The notes under the pieces are model-generated. The model did no database searches, had not been told where the DNA came from, and saw only the letters and a program-made list of their open reading frames with translations. The position numbers were made by a program, and so were the translations under genes. Shown here piece after piece: positions 61,596 to 64,000 of a stretch of DNA of 64,000 nucleotides. The stretch is taken from the NCBI GenBank assembly GCA_045532185.1, contig JAZSFL010000011.1, positions 15,178-79,177 of the forward strand. The letters run 5' to 3'. The DNA is from Ruminiclostridium sp. GTDB lineage: Bacteria; Bacillota; Clostridia; Oscillospirales; Ruminococcaceae. Every line of letters begins with the position of its first letter. Positions within the stretch are counted from its first letter, which is position 1.

Positions 61596-63384
61596 AACTA
61601 ATAAAGTTGTTTTCAAAGTCGATATTTCTGCTTTCAATAATGCGTATGATGTGTTCAGAGTAAAAACGGATGATAAGTATTTCAAGAAAGGCGCATATAT
61701 TATTGATGTTCCTTTCTTGAATGATTCTGTTAGGTCAGTGCTTTTTGAAAAAGGAAACACTTTTCTTATTTTGATGACGCATAATGAAAATAATTTTGAG
61801 GCGTTAAAACAAACATTCAATTTGCATGAAGAAGGGAAGAAGATAACTTTTTTAAAAGAAAATGCATCTGATCTTAAAGAAAATGAGATTCTTCAGTTGT
61901 TATTAAATAGTATGAGTAGTGAAAAATCTAAGTTTTTTAAATGCAATAATCTTACAGGACACTTTTATTGTTTCAATAATGAATGGCTACGTCATGATAA
62001 GAAATCAGAAAAGAATATCATCTGGCAAGTTCCATGTTTGGAATTGCGGATTACAAAGAATATGAATCTGTGCATTTCTATTCATACGTTTACTTCAGAA
62101 TTGCTTAGAAAACGAATAACTTTTAACGCCAAAAAGTTTGAAGAATATCCTAAGTATGTCTTTTCTCGAAATAATACTTTGAGAAGGAAATTAAAAGACG
62201 ACGAAGAAATAGCTTTTATTATGCGTCAGATTGATGGAAAGAAAACAGATATCCCTTTTATTGATCTCCAGGATATAAATAAATATCGACATAGTAAAGC
62301 AGGAATGCTTGCATCAATTATATCAAATTTCAATATTGAATTTGATGGAATTGCATCTGTTGAATTTGACACGATTAAAGAATATGTGTCCCTTGATTAT
62401 TCGAGAAAAGTTCAAAGAGAAAATCAACAATCAATAATAAATATGCTTAATGAACAGCCGATTAAAATTGTTGATAGAATCAATGATGAGTATTCAAAAG
62501 TATTTTGTCAAGATGTTTCTGATAAACTTTTTGCGAAATATGGGGTGAAGGCATCAATCGGAAAACGTATTTCAAAAGATGCACTAAATATATGTGTTAT
62601 TCATAATGCAGCATATTATGAGGATGCGGAAGATCCATATAACGAAAAGTATGAGGGAGTTGCTCTCCAACATATTACGTTTGAAGACTTTTTAGGAAAA
62701 AGCGAGTTCGCGGTTTCGACTATTGTACATGAATTGCTTATCAAAAAAGATGTTTTGAATGGTCAGATAAGTTTATTTGATTGGAGTAAACTTGGCTATA
62801 ATGAAGAAGTGTGTTTTGGTTGTGCGTCTTGTATAGATGAAATACATAGATATTTCTTTATGAATATCAAACCAAATGGTAGTTTTAGTTTTACAGAATC
62901 TAAATTGGATCTTTTTAATATGGATCAGTACAGTGAATGTGTCGAGATTTTTGAAAATGCTAATACAAAGTCTGAAAATATCCAGGGCGTTTTGAAGAAT
63001 GCAGATGGAAAGATAAATATCATAAAAGGAACTGAACAGTTTACCCTTCCAGAACTATTTGCTATCGAATCACAACTTTTGTCAGGAAATAATAAGTTGC
63101 GTGGTAAAGAAAAACGTGATGAATTATTAACATCATGCTTGGATATCAAATGTTTTGAAAATGATGGTGAAATCTATTATTTTGTAGGTGAAATCGGTGA
63201 AGGAATGCGTAGTAGCATTAGCCATTCCGCCAACATTAGAAATATTGTGAGGTATAAAGATGCTCCTGATTTCTTTGAAAAGCTATTACCACTCATGAGC
63301 GTTTCGTTTGTGAAAAATGGACAGTTGACAGTAATGCCTTTTCCATTTAAATATCTTAGAGAATATATCAATACATTGCGTTAA
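61579..63384 (+). CDS. ddmE: Divergent prokaryotic Argonaute-like protein (DdmE-like)
   Basis: Overlaps the helicase by 17 bp. MID-like IH..YY..DPY..QHIT..ELLIK and PIWI-like end FVKNGQLTVMPFPFKYLREY; no DEDX tetrad evident. Confidence 0.72.
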   Translation: MTTPIRTNKVVFKVDISAFNNAYDVFRVKTDDKYFKKGAYIIDVPFLNDSVRSVLFEKGNTFLILMTHNENNFEALKQTFNLHEEGKKITFLKENASDLKENEILQLLLNSMSSEKSKFFKCNNLTGHFYCFNNEWLRHDKKSEKNIIWQVPCLELRITKNMNLCISIHTFTSELLRKRITFNAKKFEEYPKYVFSRNNTLRRKLKDDEEIAFIMRQIDGKKTDIPFIDLQDINKYRHSKAGMLASIISNFNIEFDGIASVEFDTIKEYVSLDYSRKVQRENQQSIINMLNEQPIKIVDRINDEYSKVFCQDVSDKLFAKYGVKASIGKRISKDALNICVIHNAAYYEDAEDPYNEKYEGVALQHITFEDFLGKSEFAVSTIVHELLIKKDVLNGQISLFDWSKLGYNEEVCFGCASCIDEIHRYFFMNIKPNGSFSFTESKLDLFNMDQYSECVEIFENANTKSENIQGVLKNADGKINIIKGTEQFTLPELFAIESQLLSGNNKLRGKEKRDELLTSCLDIKCFENDGEIYYFVGEIGEGMRSSISHSANIRNIVRYKDAPDFFEKLLPLMSVSFVKNGQLTVMPFPFKYLREYINTLR

Positions 63385-63406
63385 TAGAGTTTTTATTAAA
63401 CACAAA

Positions 63407-63436
63407 ACCTCCCCATTCCTTTTGGAATGGGGAGGT
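63407..63436. terminator. Bidirectional terminator
   Basis: ACCTCCCCATTCC-TTTT-GGAATGGGGAGGT between convergent genes. Confidence 0.85.
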
Positions 63437-63440
63437 CGCT

Positions 63441-63827
63441 TTATGTGATTTTATCAAGAATTTCTTTCAATATCCCCACATCCGCAGGGCAGAACTCATA
63501 CTGTGGTATCTCATCAGGCGTAATCCACTTCAAATCGTTATGCTCAATGAGCTTCGGGACACCTTCTGCGATTTTAGCATTGAATACAGTAAGCCTAATA
63601 GTGATATCGGGATATTCGTGAGTAGCTTCAGTAAAAACATCGCCAACTTCAAGCGTGATGTCAAGTTCTTCCTTGCATTCACGAATTAAAGCCTGCTCTT
63701 TGGTTTCACCTGGTTCAACTTTTCCACCGACAAATTCCCAGAGAAGAGGCCTGGCCTTGTTTGTAGGACGCTGACATATCATAAACTTGTCGTTATCCCA
63801 TATAAGAGCTGCAACAACTTCCGTCAT
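63441..63827 (-). CDS. MutT-like Nudix (d)NTP pyrophosphohydrolase
   Basis: EVVAALI, WEFVGGKVEPGETKEQALIRECKEEL, FCPAD. Confidence 0.9.
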   Translation of the reverse strand: MTEVVAALIWDNDKFMICQRPTNKARPLLWEFVGGKVEPGETKEQALIRECKEELDITLEVGDVFTEATHEYPDITIRLTVFNAKIAEGVPKLIEHNDLKWITPDEIPQYEFCPADVGILKEILDKIT

Positions 63828-64000
63828 TATCCCACCACCAGTTTATTCGTTTTCTTGATGAATTTTGCAGGGATTGGTCTCCTGAGCTTCCATACAATAT
63901 TCATAGGCTTCGAACCTTCATAGCTTACAAAATCAGCTAAGCCAAGGAAAGTATATGAAGAAGTGCCAAGCTTGCACTTTCTGTATTCACGCACAAACAA
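63827..64000 (-). CDS. C-terminus of a DUF3427 (SRA-like) protein, probably SauUSI-like Type IV restriction enzyme (truncated by window)
   Basis: Own translation: LFVREYRKCKLGTSSYTFLGLADFVSYEGSKPMNIVWKLRRPIPAKF...G*; TAATG overlap with the Nudix gene. Confidence 0.7.
   Translation of the reverse strand: MFVREYRKCKLGTSSYTFLGLADFVSYEGSKPMNIVWKLRRPIPAKFIKKTNKLVVG

Larger units (their letters stand above)
43450..64000. mobile_element. Integrative mobilizable element / defence island (right end beyond window)
   Basis: Serine recombinase, MOBP relaxase, MobC, DUF3987 and sigma-like gene, then visibly AT-rich defence cargo; no T4SS genes in the window. Confidence 0.8.

Noticed and set aside
58113-63384. 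pPIWI-RE three-gene system
   Set aside because: Only two genes, with the nuclease fused to the helicase C-terminus; fits DdmDE better.

Overview
Chromosomal window from a spore-forming, probably cellulolytic Clostridia member (Ruminococcus/Oscillospiraceae-like, inferred from spoIID/spoIIR, dapL, cellobiose phosphorylase and an F-type ATP synthase with a Na+-type c subunit). Bases 1-43.4 kb are host backbone: ABC transporter, sporulation genes, dapL, MATE, an orphan OmpR regulator, a 2250-aa cyclic beta-1,2-glucan synthase-like protein, the atp operon (with an unannotated 39-aa membrane ORF between atpA and atpG), cellobiose phosphorylase, an alpha-2-macroglobulin/MEMO lipoprotein pair and a YtrA-type ABC operon. 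Intergenic DNA there holds three related GC-rich cloverleaf elements and a probable IS1182-type MITE that duplicated a terminator. From about 43.45 kb to the window end is an integrative mobilizable element (large serine recombinase, MOBP relaxase/MobC, DUF3987, sigma-like protein). Its AT-rich defence cargo comprises a MazF-like gene, a two-subunit Type IIB/IIG-like R-M system followed by a PHP-ABC ATPase, a helicase-nuclease plus divergent Argonaute-like pair (DdmDE-like), and a Nudix gene plus a DUF3427 (SauUSI-like) gene cut by the window edge. All family calls come from motif recognition by eye; no database search was run.
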